Assembly (NCBI GenBank): GCA_944372545.1
Contig: CALVZO010000008.1
Span: 7,352 to 71,351 of the forward strand
DNA length: 64,000 nucleotides
Direction: 5' to 3'
DNA from: an uncultured Bacilli bacterium
Lineage (GTDB): Bacteria; Bacillota_I; Bacilli_A; RF39; UBA660
Shown: piece by piece, positions 46,364-56,572 of the stretch
Layout: every line of letters starts with the position of its first letter
Numbering within the stretch: the stretch's first letter is position 1
Program-made: the position numbers and the translations under genes
The notes under the pieces: generated by a model
The model's database searches: none
Seen by the model: the letters and a program-made list of their open reading frames with translations, nothing else
Told to the model about the DNA's origin: nothing

Positions 46364-47464
46364 ATGAGTTTAAAAGCAGGTATTGTTGGTTTACCTAATG
46401 TTGGTAAATCGACATTATTTAATGCCATTACAAAAAAACATATTTTAGCAGCAAATTATCCTTTTGCAACAATTGAACCTAATGTCGGTGTTGTTACAGT
46501 TCCAGATACAAGATTAGATTTTTTAGTTAGTCTGTATAATCCTAAAAGCATTGTGCCAACGACATTTGAATTTATTGATATTGCAGGACTTGTAAGTGGG
46601 GCAAGTAAAGGCGAAGGTTTAGGTAATAAATTTCTTTCTCATATTAGAGAAGTTGATGCAATTGTTGAAGTAGTAAGAGCGTTTGATGATGAAAATATTA
46701 CTCATGTAGAAGGAAAAACTGATCCAATAAGAGATGTGGAAATAATTAATACAGAACTTATTTTAGCGGATTTAGAAACAGTTACTAATAGGCTCGGGAA
46801 AATTGTAAAAAAAGCAGAAACTACAAAAGATAAATTAGCCCTTTTAGAAGTTAGTCTTTTAAATAAAATAAAGAGTACACTTGAGAGTGAAAAGCCAATT
46901 CGGACTTTAGAATTTAGTGAAGAAGAACAAGAAATGTTGAAAACTTATAACTTTTTAACAGCCAAAAAAATTATCTATGTTGCCAATGTAGATGAAGTAT
47001 CAGCAAGCGTGGGTGATAATGAATATTCAAAGACTTTAAAAGAATATGCAAAATGTGAAGATGCTGGTGTAGTAGTAATGTGTGCTAAGTTAGAAAGTGA
47101 ACTTGCTGATTTAGATTCACTTGAAAAAGAACAATTTTTAAAAGATGTTGGTATTACCAATAGTGGGCTAGATAAATTAATTTTTCAAACTTACAACTTA
47201 CTAGGACTTGCAACATTTTTTACATCAGGAAGTGATGAGTGCCGGGCATGGACATTTAAAAAAGGCATGAAAGCCCCGGAGTGTGCAGGCATTATTCATA
47301 GTGATTTTGAAAAAGGCTTTATCAAGGCTGAAGTTATGAGTTTTAATGATTTAGAAGAATTAGGTAATGAATTAAAAGTAAAAGAAAGTGGAAAATTAAG
47401 ATTAGAAGGAAAAGAATATTTAATGCAAGATGGCGATATTTGTTATTTCCGGTTTAATGTATAA
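46364..47464 (+). CDS. ychF: Ribosome-binding ATPase YchF
   Basis: GIVGLPNVGKSTLFNA, PFATIEPN.G, C-terminal TGS (AGIIHSDFEKGFI.AEV). Confidence 0.96.
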   Translation: MSLKAGIVGLPNVGKSTLFNAITKKHILAANYPFATIEPNVGVVTVPDTRLDFLVSLYNPKSIVPTTFEFIDIAGLVSGASKGEGLGNKFLSHIREVDAIVEVVRAFDDENITHVEGKTDPIRDVEIINTELILADLETVTNRLGKIVKKAETTKDKLALLEVSLLNKIKSTLESEKPIRTLEFSEEEQEMLKTYNFLTAKKIIYVANVDEVSASVGDNEYSKTLKEYAKCEDAGVVVMCAKLESELADLDSLEKEQFLKDVGITNSGLDKLIFQTYNLLGLATFFTSGSDECRAWTFKKGMKAPECAGIIHSDFEKGFIKAEVMSFNDLEELGNELKVKESGKLRLEGKEYLMQDGDICYFRFNV

Positions 47465-47475
47465 GGAGGATTATT

Positions 47476-48486
47476 ATGAGTCATGAAGAGATATTAAAAA
47501 GAATTGCAGAAATTATTAATTTAAGTGAAAAAAGAAGTAAAATTGATAAAGATATTACAAATTTAATACGTTTTAATCATTATTTAATAAATAATAATTA
47601 TGCCGAAGAATTTAGTTTATTAATTGATATATTAATTGATATGGAAAGAACAATGTTATTATATAATGATACAAATACACCTTATGAAAAAACTTATCAA
47701 TTATTAGAAGAGTGTCAAGATTTATATAAAAAGGAAAATAATCCATTATATTTAGAATTAGTAACTATTTTAAATGTTAGTATTAATTGTGAAGATATAA
47801 GTGAATTAACAGAGATGCAAAATTATTTCATTAAAAGAGATAAAATAAAAACATTTATTGATATATGTAGAAAATTAAAAGTTGGAGTTGCCAAGAAATT
47901 AATTGATGCAGATAAAGAGGAATTAAAAAAAGTTGTAAGTGGTGAAAAAGAAAAATCACAAAGAAGAAGAAATAACTCTTATATGGAAAATAATTTAACT
48001 AAAGAAGAAAATAGGGAAGAAAACATAGTTCAAATTGAAGATGCTAATAATAAACAAAGTTTAGAAGAACCAATGATAAAAGGAAAATTTAAAGAACTAA
48101 TATATTTAGGTATGCAAAATATACTTACAATAGATATGGTAATAAGTTTAAAAAATGTTTTAAATGATAGTGAATTTGGAGAATTGTTAAGTAATTTAGG
48201 TAAATTTCAAATATTTTCAAAAGAAGAATTATATTATATAAAAAATGAAGCGACAAAGACTATGAAAACAATTAACAATATAGATGAATTAGTTGCCTTT
48301 TTATCAATGCGAAGTAACATTAATTTAAATGGATTAAAAGCATTAATTCCTAGTATTGGTATTGATAATTATTATTATTTAGTAGATAGATTATATCAAT
48401 TTGGATCAATTGACTTTCCTCAATATAAGAAACATTTACAAGAATTTGGTTTTTTAGAAAATGATAACAATAAAAAAAGAAGATAG
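47476..48486 (+). CDS. Hypothetical soluble protein (336 aa; helical, Lys/Glu/Asn-rich)
   Basis: Long ORF with a GGAGGA RBS, tightly following ychF. I recognise no motif. Confidence 0.55.
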   Translation: MSHEEILKRIAEIINLSEKRSKIDKDITNLIRFNHYLINNNYAEEFSLLIDILIDMERTMLLYNDTNTPYEKTYQLLEECQDLYKKENNPLYLELVTILNVSINCEDISELTEMQNYFIKRDKIKTFIDICRKLKVGVAKKLIDADKEELKKVVSGEKEKSQRRRNNSYMENNLTKEENREENIVQIEDANNKQSLEEPMIKGKFKELIYLGMQNILTIDMVISLKNVLNDSEFGELLSNLGKFQIFSKEELYYIKNEATKTMKTINNIDELVAFLSMRSNINLNGLKALIPSIGIDNYYYLVDRLYQFGSIDFPQYKKHLQEFGFLENDNNKKRR

Positions 48487-48502
48487 TATTACGAATATAA
48501 TA

Positions 48503-49855
48503 TTACTTCTTTTTTCTTTTAATAATAAGATTTAATATAATAATTATTGCTAATAAAGAAAGAGCAATTTCTAATTTATATTTCTTAATAAATTCTTCAT
48601 TAATAATTGTTTCTTCTTTATTTTCATTAGTGTTATTATTATCTTTTTCTTCATTTACTTCTTCTTTTATATCTTTTCTTAAAGTCAAGTTTTCAAACAT
48701 ATCATTTTTATTAATATCTTCTCCAACAAGTGAACGATAAAGCCCAAACTCTAAAGGACTATAAGTCTTAATTTCTGTAGCCTTTGTATAAGAATTATTA
48801 GTACCATTTATCCATTTAGTAAACCAAGTCCATTGTTGTGAATTATGTTTACTATAACCTTCTTTCGAAACTTCATAAGCAGTTTTCCCATTAAAATATT
48901 CTAAAGGAGTATCATAATCCATCACAATTTGATTTTCTTTATATAAATGAAGATAAGTTTTTGGAGTATCCCATAGTCCATATGTATTATAACTTTCTTC
49001 GTGATAAGTACTATCATTAGATTTCTCTAAGGCTATTTTTAATGTATAAGTATTTAATATATGTTGTCCATGAGAATATTCTCCTTCTTCATCATGACCA
49101 ACAACTACTTGAGGATTAAATCTTCTAATCATTTCAACTTGGAAATTAACAGCATCATCAACAGATAAATTTGCTTTATTAATGTTTTTAATCGCCCCAT
49201 CTAATGTTTCCGAATAAGCATCAGGGATTATACCAATAATAGGATAATTTCTAACTCCAACTGTATATAATCCATGTAATTGTTCATGTAATCTTTTGGG
49301 ATTATCATAATGATTTGTGTAATATACTACTTGAGTATACGCGCCCTTTGCTACATAAGTAGGAAGAAGTCCTAAAAAGAAAAGTTGCTCATCATCACTA
49401 TGGGTAGAAAATAATAATAAATCGGCTTCTTCACAAGGAAGATTCCATACTTCGACATATTCAGGAAGTGCTCCTTCACTTAAAACATATATTTCGGCAA
49501 TTTTAACATCTTCTTTATAAGTAAGTGTTAAAGAGTTATTGCTACCTAATTCATTTAAACTTAAATATTCGTGTAAGAATCCATTTTTTCCAACCTCTAA
49601 AGTTTTATTATTTGCGTTTATTACACCTTCTTTAGAACTCATTTCATAAATAATATATAAGCCATCAATTATGTTTTCGCTCTCAATTTTGATAACATCA
49701 TCAGTATTAATAGATATATAACTATTTTCATTATTATCAGTAATTTTGGCATTTTTAGTATCATTTACTAAAATAGTACTACTACTAGTGATATCTTCTG
49801 CATATACATTAATAGGTATTAACAAAATAATTAAATAAATAAAGTATTTTTTCAT
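48503..49855 (-). CDS. Secreted, C-terminally anchored PIG-L (LmbE) family deacetylase
   Basis: Signal peptide, STHSDDEQLF (the AHPDDE-type motif), HDEEGEYSHGQH, C-terminal TM plus KRKKK. Confidence 0.65.
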   Translation of the reverse strand: MKKYFIYLIILLIPINVYAEDITSSSTILVNDTKNAKITDNNENSYISINTDDVIKIESENIIDGLYIIYEMSSKEGVINANNKTLEVGKNGFLHEYLSLNELGSNNSLTLTYKEDVKIAEIYVLSEGALPEYVEVWNLPCEEADLLLFSTHSDDEQLFFLGLLPTYVAKGAYTQVVYYTNHYDNPKRLHEQLHGLYTVGVRNYPIIGIIPDAYSETLDGAIKNINKANLSVDDAVNFQVEMIRRFNPQVVVGHDEEGEYSHGQHILNTYTLKIALEKSNDSTYHEESYNTYGLWDTPKTYLHLYKENQIVMDYDTPLEYFNGKTAYEVSKEGYSKHNSQQWTWFTKWINGTNNSYTKATEIKTYSPLEFGLYRSLVGEDINKNDMFENLTLRKDIKEEVNEEKDNNNTNENKEETIINEEFIKKYKLEIALSLLAIIIILNLIIKRKKK

Positions 49856-49916
49856 GATTTAACTCCATTTCTATAATAATTATAACAAAAAAACACGATA
49901 ATTCATTATTAAATTA

Positions 49917-49945
49917 TTTACATTAAAAATATTATTTGGTATACT
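49917..49945 (+). promoter_or_regulatory. rpsF operon promoter (-35 TTTACA, 17-nt spacer, extended -10 TGgTATACT)
   Basis: TTTACA at 49917..49922; TGGTATACT at 49937..49945. Confidence 0.6.
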
Positions 49946-49966
49946 ATATGGCGAGTAAATTAATTA

Positions 49967-50008
49967 CTCCTTGCTTTCTTTTAAGAAAGCCAAAAGACCA
50001 TAAGGAGG
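49967..50008 (+). promoter_or_regulatory. rpsF leader: anti-SD CTCCTT plus an 8-bp hairpin able to sequester the SD
   Basis: CTCCTT (49967..49972) is complementary to AAGGAG (50002..50007); the nested hairpin GCTTTCTT-TT-AAGAAAGC lies at 49973..49990. Confidence 0.4.
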
Positions 50009-50012
50009 TGGA

Positions 50013-50306
50013 ATGATGACTAATTATGAAATTATGTTTATTGTTAAAGCAACACTTGATGAAAATACAATAAATAGTATTGCTAAAGAGACACAAAAAT
50101 TATTAACTGACAATAAAGCAAAAGTTATCGAATTTAAAGAAATGGGTAGAAAAAAACTAGCATATGAAATTAATAAAGAAGTTAGTGGATTTTACTTTTT
50201 AATGGAAGTATCTGCTTCAAAAGATGCAATTCAAGAATTCGATCGTAAACTTAGAATTAATGAAAATATTTTAAGACATTTAATATTAAAAAAAGAAAGT
50301 GAGTAA
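50013..50306 (+). CDS. rpsF: 30S ribosomal protein S6
   Basis: YEIMFIV....DE start; rpsF-ssb-rpsR order. Confidence 0.95.
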   Translation: MMTNYEIMFIVKATLDENTINSIAKETQKLLTDNKAKVIEFKEMGRKKLAYEINKEVSGFYFLMEVSASKDAIQEFDRKLRINENILRHLILKKESE

Positions 50307-50308
50307 TC

Positions 50309-50812
50309 ATGAATAAAGTATTATTAGTAGGAAGACTTACAAGGGATCCAGAATTAAGAACAACACCAAGCGGAATGGCTGTGACAAGATTTACTTTAGC
50401 AGTTTCACAAAATTTTACAAATCGTAATGGTGAACGTGGTGCTGATTTTATAAATTGTAGTGCTTGGGGAAGACAAGCCGATAATATTTCTAAATATTGT
50501 CGAAAAGGAACATTAGTATCTGCGGAAGGAAGAATTAAAACAAGTAGTTATGAAGGTCAAGATGGAAATAGAAGATACACTACTGAAGTAGTTTGTGATA
50601 CAGTTAATTTCTTAAGTACTAAATCATCAACTAGTAGTGAAACTAATCCAGTAAATACAAATGATTTTGTACCTAATGAACCATTTCCAGCAGGTGAATC
50701 TTTTTCTCCTAGTGACGTTGCTCCTTCAATGGAAACTACAGATTTAACAGAAGATCCTTTTAAGAGTTTTGGCGAAGAGATAACTTTAAGTAGTGATGAT
50801 TTACCATTTTAA
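50309..50812 (+). CDS. ssb: Single-stranded DNA-binding protein
   Basis: MNKV.L.GRLT.DPELR OB fold, acidic tail ending DDLPF. Confidence 0.96.
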   Translation: MNKVLLVGRLTRDPELRTTPSGMAVTRFTLAVSQNFTNRNGERGADFINCSAWGRQADNISKYCRKGTLVSAEGRIKTSSYEGQDGNRRYTTEVVCDTVNFLSTKSSTSSETNPVNTNDFVPNEPFPAGESFSPSDVAPSMETTDLTEDPFKSFGEEITLSSDDLPF

Positions 50813-50827
50813 AAAGGAGGAATAAAC

Positions 50828-51043
50828 ATGGCAGAATTTTATCGTAAGAAAAAGAAAATATGTCAAATGTGTGCTGGTAAAAGCGTAGATTACAAAGATG
50901 TAGTAATTATTAGTAAATATATTAATGAAAAAGGTAAAATATTCCCAAGAAGAGTTACTGGTGCTTGTGCTAAACATCAAAGACATATTGCAGAACAAGT
51001 TAAATATGCAAGATTTATGGCATTAATACCATATGTAAAATAG
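50828..51043 (+). CDS. rpsR: 30S ribosomal protein S18
   Basis: 71 aa; ..DYKDV..L.K.I.E.GKI.PRR.TG.CAKHQR. Confidence 0.96.
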   Translation: MAEFYRKKKKICQMCAGKSVDYKDVVIISKYINEKGKIFPRRVTGACAKHQRHIAEQVKYARFMALIPYVK

Positions 51044-51045
51044 TT

Positions 51046-51072
51046 AAATTCACTAAATTGGTGAATTTTTTT
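51046..51072 (+). terminator. Rho-independent terminator after rpsR
   Basis: AAATTCAC-TAAATTG-GTGAATTT followed by a T-run. Confidence 0.7.
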
Positions 51073-51129
51073 CTTTAAAAAAAGGAAATAAGCCTCTTAG
51101 TTACGTATATAAGTAATGAAGAGGTAAAT

Positions 51130-51330
51130 ATGAAAAGAAGAAATGATATATTATTAAATAATATTTTAAAACTTATGAAAGATAATCCTAGTATAACGGA
51201 AGTAGAACTTGCTAAAATACTTGGATTTACCGAAAGAAATATTAGAAGAAGTATAAAAATATTGAAAGATGAAGATAAAGTTAAATTAATTAGAAATGGT
51301 AAAGAAAGATATTGGCAAATTTATACATAA
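51130..51330 (+). CDS. Small stand-alone winged-helix DNA-binding protein (66 aa)
   Basis: ITEVELAKILGFTERNIRRSIKILKDEDKV is a classical HTH-plus-wing pattern. It occupies the slot where larger Firmicutes carry yybS/gdpP. Confidence 0.55.
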   Translation: MKRRNDILLNNILKLMKDNPSITEVELAKILGFTERNIRRSIKILKDEDKVKLIRNGKERYWQIYT

Positions 51331-51394
51331 GAAGAAATATTCTATTTAAAGAAAATCTATGTTATAATAATATAGACATTTTAGGAGGGTTATA

Positions 51395-51835
51395 ATGAAA
51401 ATTATTTTACTTAAAGATGTTAAAGGAAAAGGAAAAAAAGATGATATCATTGATGTTAGCGATGGTTATGGAAATAATTATCTAATCAAAAATAAATTAG
51501 GAGTATTATATACAAAAGGAAGTAAAAAAATACTTGATAAAGAAATAAATACAAGATTAGAAGAAGAAAATGCTTTAATTGCTAACTTGAATAAAATAAA
51601 AGAAAATCTTGATAATAAAGAAATTACTTTTAAAGTTAAAGTTGGTAAAGAAGAAAAAGTATTTGGTAATATATCAACTAAGCAAATTAGTGATGAATTA
51701 AAAAAATTAGGTTTTAATATTGATAAAAAAAATATTAAAACAAGTAGTTCTCTTGATACTTTAGGAACTTATAAAGTGTTAATTGAATTACACAAAAAGG
51801 TTAAATTTTATATAAATGTAAGATTAATTAAGTAG
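51395..51835 (+). CDS. rplI: 50S ribosomal protein L9
   Basis: MKIILLKDVKGKGKKDDIIDVSDGYGNNYL start. Confidence 0.96.
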   Translation: MKIILLKDVKGKGKKDDIIDVSDGYGNNYLIKNKLGVLYTKGSKKILDKEINTRLEEENALIANLNKIKENLDNKEITFKVKVGKEEKVFGNISTKQISDELKKLGFNIDKKNIKTSSSLDTLGTYKVLIELHKKVKFYINVRLIK

Positions 51836-51843
51836 GTGATTAT

Positions 51844-53187
51844 ATGGCAAGAGTTATGCCTTCTAATAAAGAAGCAGAAATGAGTGTTTTAGGCGTAACA
51901 TTTATTGATAATAGTTTAGTAGAAACTATTTGTGATGAAGTTAACAGTGATATGTTTTTTAATGAAAAAAACAAATATTTATTTGAAGCCATAGAAGAAT
52001 TACATAAAAATAATATACCTATTGATGCAAAAACAGTTAAAGATGAATTAGATAAAAAGAAAAGATTAACTGCAGTTGGAGGTATTGAATACATTAGTGA
52101 AGTAATAGATTCTGTATTTACTACAGCCAATTTAAAATACTACATAAATATTTTAAAAGAACATGCAACAAGAAGAAATTTAATTAATGTTGCGACTGGT
52201 ATAGTAACTGAGGCTTATGATGAAGAAGATGTTACAACTGTATTAGATAATGCTGAAAGAAATATTTTAAATGTTATAAAGGTTAGAGAAGTTAAAGATT
52301 TCGTTCCAATTCATGAAATATTAAGAAGAGCCCAAGCCAAGTTAGAAGAATTAGCGAAAACAAAGAAATTAATAACAGGATTAGAAACTGGATTTTATGA
52401 TTTTGATAAAATAACTACAGGGTTTCAACCGGGTGAATTAATTATCTTAGCGGCTCGTCCTGGTATGGGTAAAACTGCGTTAGCACTTAATATGGCAACG
52501 TATGCAGCAAGAACTACTGAAAAGGCAGTAGCAATATTCAATTTAGAAATGCCAGCAGAACAATTAGTTAATAGAATTATAAGTGCTCAAGGTGGCATCG
52601 ATGCCTACAAATTACAAACAGGACAAATGCAAGAAAAAGACTGGAAAAGGTATAATGAAGCAATGAGTGAACTTAGCGAAACTAATCTTTATATTGAAGA
52701 TAATTCTGGAGTTACAGTATCAGAAATTAAAGCGAAATGTCGTCGTCTTGCTAATATGCCAAAAGGATTAGGGCTAGTAGTAATTGATTACTTACAATTA
52801 GTAACTACAGGAAATAAAAGAATTGAATCAAGACAAGTAGAAGTATCAGAAATATCTCGTAGTTTAAAAACAATGGCACTTGAACTTGGTGTTCCAGTTA
52901 TGGCTTTATCACAATTATCAAGAAGTGCTGAAAAAAGAGAAAGTAATATGCCGATGCTTGCTGATTTAAGAGAGTCTGGTTCTATTGAACAAGATGCCGA
53001 TATGGTTTTATTTATTAATAGAAAAGATTATTATGAAGCCAAAAAAGATCAAAGAGAGAAAATAGTACCGGCTGAATTAGTAATTGCTAAACATAGAAAA
53101 GGTAGTCTTGGAACAATTGATTTATTATTTGAATTAAATATGAGTGCATTTCGTAATGTGTTAAAAGAAAATAGGGAAGAGAGTTAA
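51844..53187 (+). CDS. dnaB: Replicative DNA helicase (DnaB family; DnaC in B. subtilis nomenclature)
   Basis: P.N.EAE.SVLG start, Walker A ARPGMGKTA, IDYLQL, RESG.IEQDAD. Confidence 0.96.
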   Translation: MARVMPSNKEAEMSVLGVTFIDNSLVETICDEVNSDMFFNEKNKYLFEAIEELHKNNIPIDAKTVKDELDKKKRLTAVGGIEYISEVIDSVFTTANLKYYINILKEHATRRNLINVATGIVTEAYDEEDVTTVLDNAERNILNVIKVREVKDFVPIHEILRRAQAKLEELAKTKKLITGLETGFYDFDKITTGFQPGELIILAARPGMGKTALALNMATYAARTTEKAVAIFNLEMPAEQLVNRIISAQGGIDAYKLQTGQMQEKDWKRYNEAMSELSETNLYIEDNSGVTVSEIKAKCRRLANMPKGLGLVVIDYLQLVTTGNKRIESRQVEVSEISRSLKTMALELGVPVMALSQLSRSAEKRESNMPMLADLRESGSIEQDADMVLFINRKDYYEAKKDQREKIVPAELVIAKHRKGSLGTIDLLFELNMSAFRNVLKENREES

Positions 53188-54704
53188 TGAAAAGAAAAGG
53201 AAAAATTATATCTATAATATTAAGTCTAATTGTCATATGTATTTATTTTACATATAGTAGTTATGAATTAATCGATAAAGATATTAGTAAAATTTATAAT
53301 ATCTATTTAAGTGGTGATATCATTGGAGCAGTTAGTGATAAAGATGCTTTATATGACTTAATTGATGAAAAACAACAAGTTATTAAAGATAAATATAATG
53401 TTACTAATGTTTATCCTCCGAATGATTTAGAAATAGTAGAAACTTATGCTTATGATAGAGAAGTATCAAATTTAGAAGAAATATATAATAAAATAGAAGA
53501 AACACAAGATTTTACTATAATGGGTTATGAAATAAAAGTATTTAATGATACTGGTGAAAAATTTACAATAAATGTTTTAGATAAAAATGTATTTAAAGAA
53601 GCATTAGATATGTTTATTTTAGCGTTTGTTGATGAAGAGGATTATTTAGATTATATCAATAATAATCAAGATGAAAGTGAAGAATATGGATTAATTTATA
53701 CTAATATGGATTTTATAGAAGTTATAACTATTAAAGAAACCTTTATTAGTGTTAATGATAAGATATATGAAAATTCTAGTGAACTAGTCCAAGATTTATT
53801 ATTTGGTTTTAATTTTGAAAAAAGAAATTATACCGTTAAAGAAGGAGACACTATTGAATCAATTGCGGAAGATTTTGAATTAAATCCTCAAGAAATTTTA
53901 ATTGCTAATTCAAGATATTCAAGTGTAGATAGTCTTCTTACTATTGGTGATGAAATATTAATTGCTTATGTCATACCAGAGATTTCTTTCTCTTATACTG
54001 TAAATGAAACATCAAGAGAAGAATATGACTACGATAATGAAATTGTGAGAGATGATACAAAACCTTCAAGTTATAGTCAAATAACTACGGCAGGAGTTAC
54101 AGGAATTTCCAAAATAACAAGAGAATATACATCAGTTAATGGTGAACTTGCTAGTTCGGTAGAAATCAAATATGATGAAGTTATAAGAGAAAAAGTAAAT
54201 CAAGTAACAACAAAAGGAAAGAAAGTATCTTATTCTTGGGGTTGGGAAGTATTCCAAGATACTGGTACTGGTTGGACTTGGCCTACTGAAGACCGTTATG
54301 TTGTTACTAGTGCTTTCGGTTACCGCGAACTTGGTGGTGGAAAGAAACACAACGGTATCGATATATCAGGTACTGGTTGGGGGTCAAAAATATTCGCTGC
54401 CAATGATGGGGTAGTTACTTATGTTTATAATGGTTGTTCAAATAATGGAAGTTACCCTAATTCTTGTGGAAGTGGTTATGGTAATCAAATAGTTATCAGT
54501 CATGGAAATAATGTTTATACAATTTATGCCCATTTACTAAATTCAATACTAGTTAGAGTTGGACAGTCTGTTTCAAGAGGTCAATTAATTGGTTATATGG
54601 GTAATAGTGGACAGTCAACTGGTACACACTTACACTTTGGTGTATCAACTGGTGACCCACGAAATGGTGGTACTTTCTATAATCCAAGGAACTTATATAG
54701 ATAA
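53187..54704 (+). CDS. Membrane-anchored cell-wall hydrolase: LysM + G5-like + M23 metallopeptidase
   Basis: N-terminal TM; LysM (YTVKEGDTIESIAEDF); a G5-like stretch (..TTAGVTGISKITREY..); M23 motifs HNGIDISG and GTHLHFG. Confidence 0.8.
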   Translation: MKRKGKIISIILSLIVICIYFTYSSYELIDKDISKIYNIYLSGDIIGAVSDKDALYDLIDEKQQVIKDKYNVTNVYPPNDLEIVETYAYDREVSNLEEIYNKIEETQDFTIMGYEIKVFNDTGEKFTINVLDKNVFKEALDMFILAFVDEEDYLDYINNNQDESEEYGLIYTNMDFIEVITIKETFISVNDKIYENSSELVQDLLFGFNFEKRNYTVKEGDTIESIAEDFELNPQEILIANSRYSSVDSLLTIGDEILIAYVIPEISFSYTVNETSREEYDYDNEIVRDDTKPSSYSQITTAGVTGISKITREYTSVNGELASSVEIKYDEVIREKVNQVTTKGKKVSYSWGWEVFQDTGTGWTWPTEDRYVVTSAFGYRELGGGKKHNGIDISGTGWGSKIFAANDGVVTYVYNGCSNNGSYPNSCGSGYGNQIVISHGNNVYTIYAHLLNSILVRVGQSVSRGQLIGYMGNSGQSTGTHLHFGVSTGDPRNGGTFYNPRNLYR

Positions 54705-55468
54705 TGAAAGCATGTATATTAGCAAGTGGTTCAAAAGGCAATATTACTTATATTGAAACTAAAAATCATCGTATTTTACTAGATATGGGGAAAAACAAAA
54801 AATATATAGTTGATGCCTTAAAACTAATTGATGTAAATCCAAGTAGTATAGATATTGTTTTAATTAGTCACTTACACACTGATCATATTTCTGCTTTAGA
54901 AACTTTTATTAAAAAATATAAACCAACAGTATGTATGCCAAAAGAGATGTTTCTTAATTTAGATAGCCTAAGTAATTATGAACATATTAAGATATATGAA
55001 GATGAAATAAACTTAGAAGATTTAAAAATATATGCATTGAAGTCTAGTCATGATGCGATAGATTCTAGGAATTTCATATTTGAAGAAGAAGGATACTCTT
55101 TAGTGCAAATTACTGATACAGGCTATATAAAAAGTAAGTATTTTAAATTATTAAGAAATAGAGAAATCTATTTTTTAGAGAGTAATCATGATATCGAAAT
55201 GTTAATGCATGGTCCTTATCCAGACTGGTTAAAAAGAAGAGTTTTAAGTGATGAGGGCCACTTATCTAATCAAGCCGCAGGTTTTTATTTATCAAAATTA
55301 ATTGGTGAAAATACGAAAAAAGTTTATTTAATGCATTTAAGTGAAGTTAATAATAATGAAGAAGTTGCTCTAAAAACTGTAAAAGATACTTTAAAAGAAT
55401 ATAAAGTGGATTTTGAAGATATTAAGTGTGCTAAACAAGATGTAATAAGTGAAGTGATAAATTTATGA
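54704..55468 (+). CDS. MBL-fold metallo-hydrolase, YycJ/WalJ-like
   Basis: HxHxDH motif (SHLHTDHI); 254 aa. Confidence 0.8.
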   Translation: MKACILASGSKGNITYIETKNHRILLDMGKNKKYIVDALKLIDVNPSSIDIVLISHLHTDHISALETFIKKYKPTVCMPKEMFLNLDSLSNYEHIKIYEDEINLEDLKIYALKSSHDAIDSRNFIFEEEGYSLVQITDTGYIKSKYFKLLRNREIYFLESNHDIEMLMHGPYPDWLKRRVLSDEGHLSNQAAGFYLSKLIGENTKKVYLMHLSEVNNNEEVALKTVKDTLKEYKVDFEDIKCAKQDVISEVINL

Positions 55469-55902
55469 TTAAGATAATATGTGTTGGTAAAATTAAAGAA
55501 AATTATTTAAAAGAATTAATTGATGATTATACAAAAAGAATAGAAAAGTACCATAAAATAAAGATTATTGAAGTAAAAGATGACCAATTAATAAAAAATG
55601 AAACAAAAGAATTATTAAAATATATTAATAAATTAGAATATAATATTGCCTTAACAATTACGGGTAATAGTTTTAGTAGTGAAGATTTTGCTAAACATAT
55701 TGATAATTTATTTAATTATAATAGTAATATCAATTTTATTATTGGAAGTTCTAATGGGTTAGAAGAAGATATAATTAAAATGTGTAATGAGTGTATAAGT
55801 TTTTCTAAATTTACTTTTCCGCATGGTTTATTTAGGGGCATCTTATTAGAGCAAATATATCGAGCATTTAAAATTAATAATAATGAAAATTATCATAAAT
55901 GA
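55465..55902 (+). CDS. rlmH: 23S rRNA (pseudouridine1915-N3)-methyltransferase RlmH (SPOUT)
   Basis: Size, I.VGK.K start, C-terminal PH.L.R..L.EQ.YRA pattern. Confidence 0.8.
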   Translation: MIKIICVGKIKENYLKELIDDYTKRIEKYHKIKIIEVKDDQLIKNETKELLKYINKLEYNIALTITGNSFSSEDFAKHIDNLFNYNSNINFIIGSSNGLEEDIIKMCNECISFSKFTFPHGLFRGILLEQIYRAFKINNNENYHK

Positions 55903-55912
55903 AGAGGTAAAT

Positions 55913-56572
55913 ATGATAGGTAATGACTGGGACGAAGTACTTAAAACTATTGAAAATAGTGAAGGCTTTAAAAAATTTTTACAAATAATTTTAAAAAAAT
56001 ATGAAGAAGGGATAGTGTATCCACCAAAAAACTATGTTTTTAATGCTTTAAAACTAACTAGTTATAAAGATACAAAAGTAGTTATAGTTGGTCAAGATCC
56101 TTATCATGGTGAAAATGAAGCACATGGACTATCTTTTAGTGTCCAAAAGGGAATAAGAATTCCGCCATCACTGCAAAATATTTATAAAGAATTATATAAT
56201 GATTTAGGAATAGAGCCTCATCAATATGGTGATTTAACAAAATGGGCTAAAGAAGGAGTACTACTTTTAAATTCAATTTTAACTGTGGAAAAAGATAAGC
56301 CGGCATCGCACCGAGGTTTAGGTTGGGAATTACTTACTGATTATATAATAAAAGCGGTTAATGCTAAAGAAGATGCCGTAGTATTTATATTATGGGGTAA
56401 TTTTGCTAAAGAAAAAAAGAAATATATTACTAATCCCAAACATTTAGTAATTACTAGTCCTCACCCTTCTCCTTTTTCTGCTAATAGTGGATTCTTTAAT
56501 TCTAAACCATTTTCAAAAACAAATGATTTTTTAATAAAAAATAAAAGAAAACCGATAGATTGGAAACTTTAA
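55913..56572 (+). CDS. ung: Uracil-DNA glycosylase, family 1
   Basis: GQDPYHG water-activating loop and a C-terminal HPSP motif. I prefer the ATG at 55913 with a GAAGAGG RBS. Confidence 0.93.
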   Translation: MIGNDWDEVLKTIENSEGFKKFLQIILKKYEEGIVYPPKNYVFNALKLTSYKDTKVVIVGQDPYHGENEAHGLSFSVQKGIRIPPSLQNIYKELYNDLGIEPHQYGDLTKWAKEGVLLLNSILTVEKDKPASHRGLGWELLTDYIIKAVNAKEDAVVFILWGNFAKEKKKYITNPKHLVITSPHPSPFSANSGFFNSKPFSKTNDFLIKNKRKPIDWKL

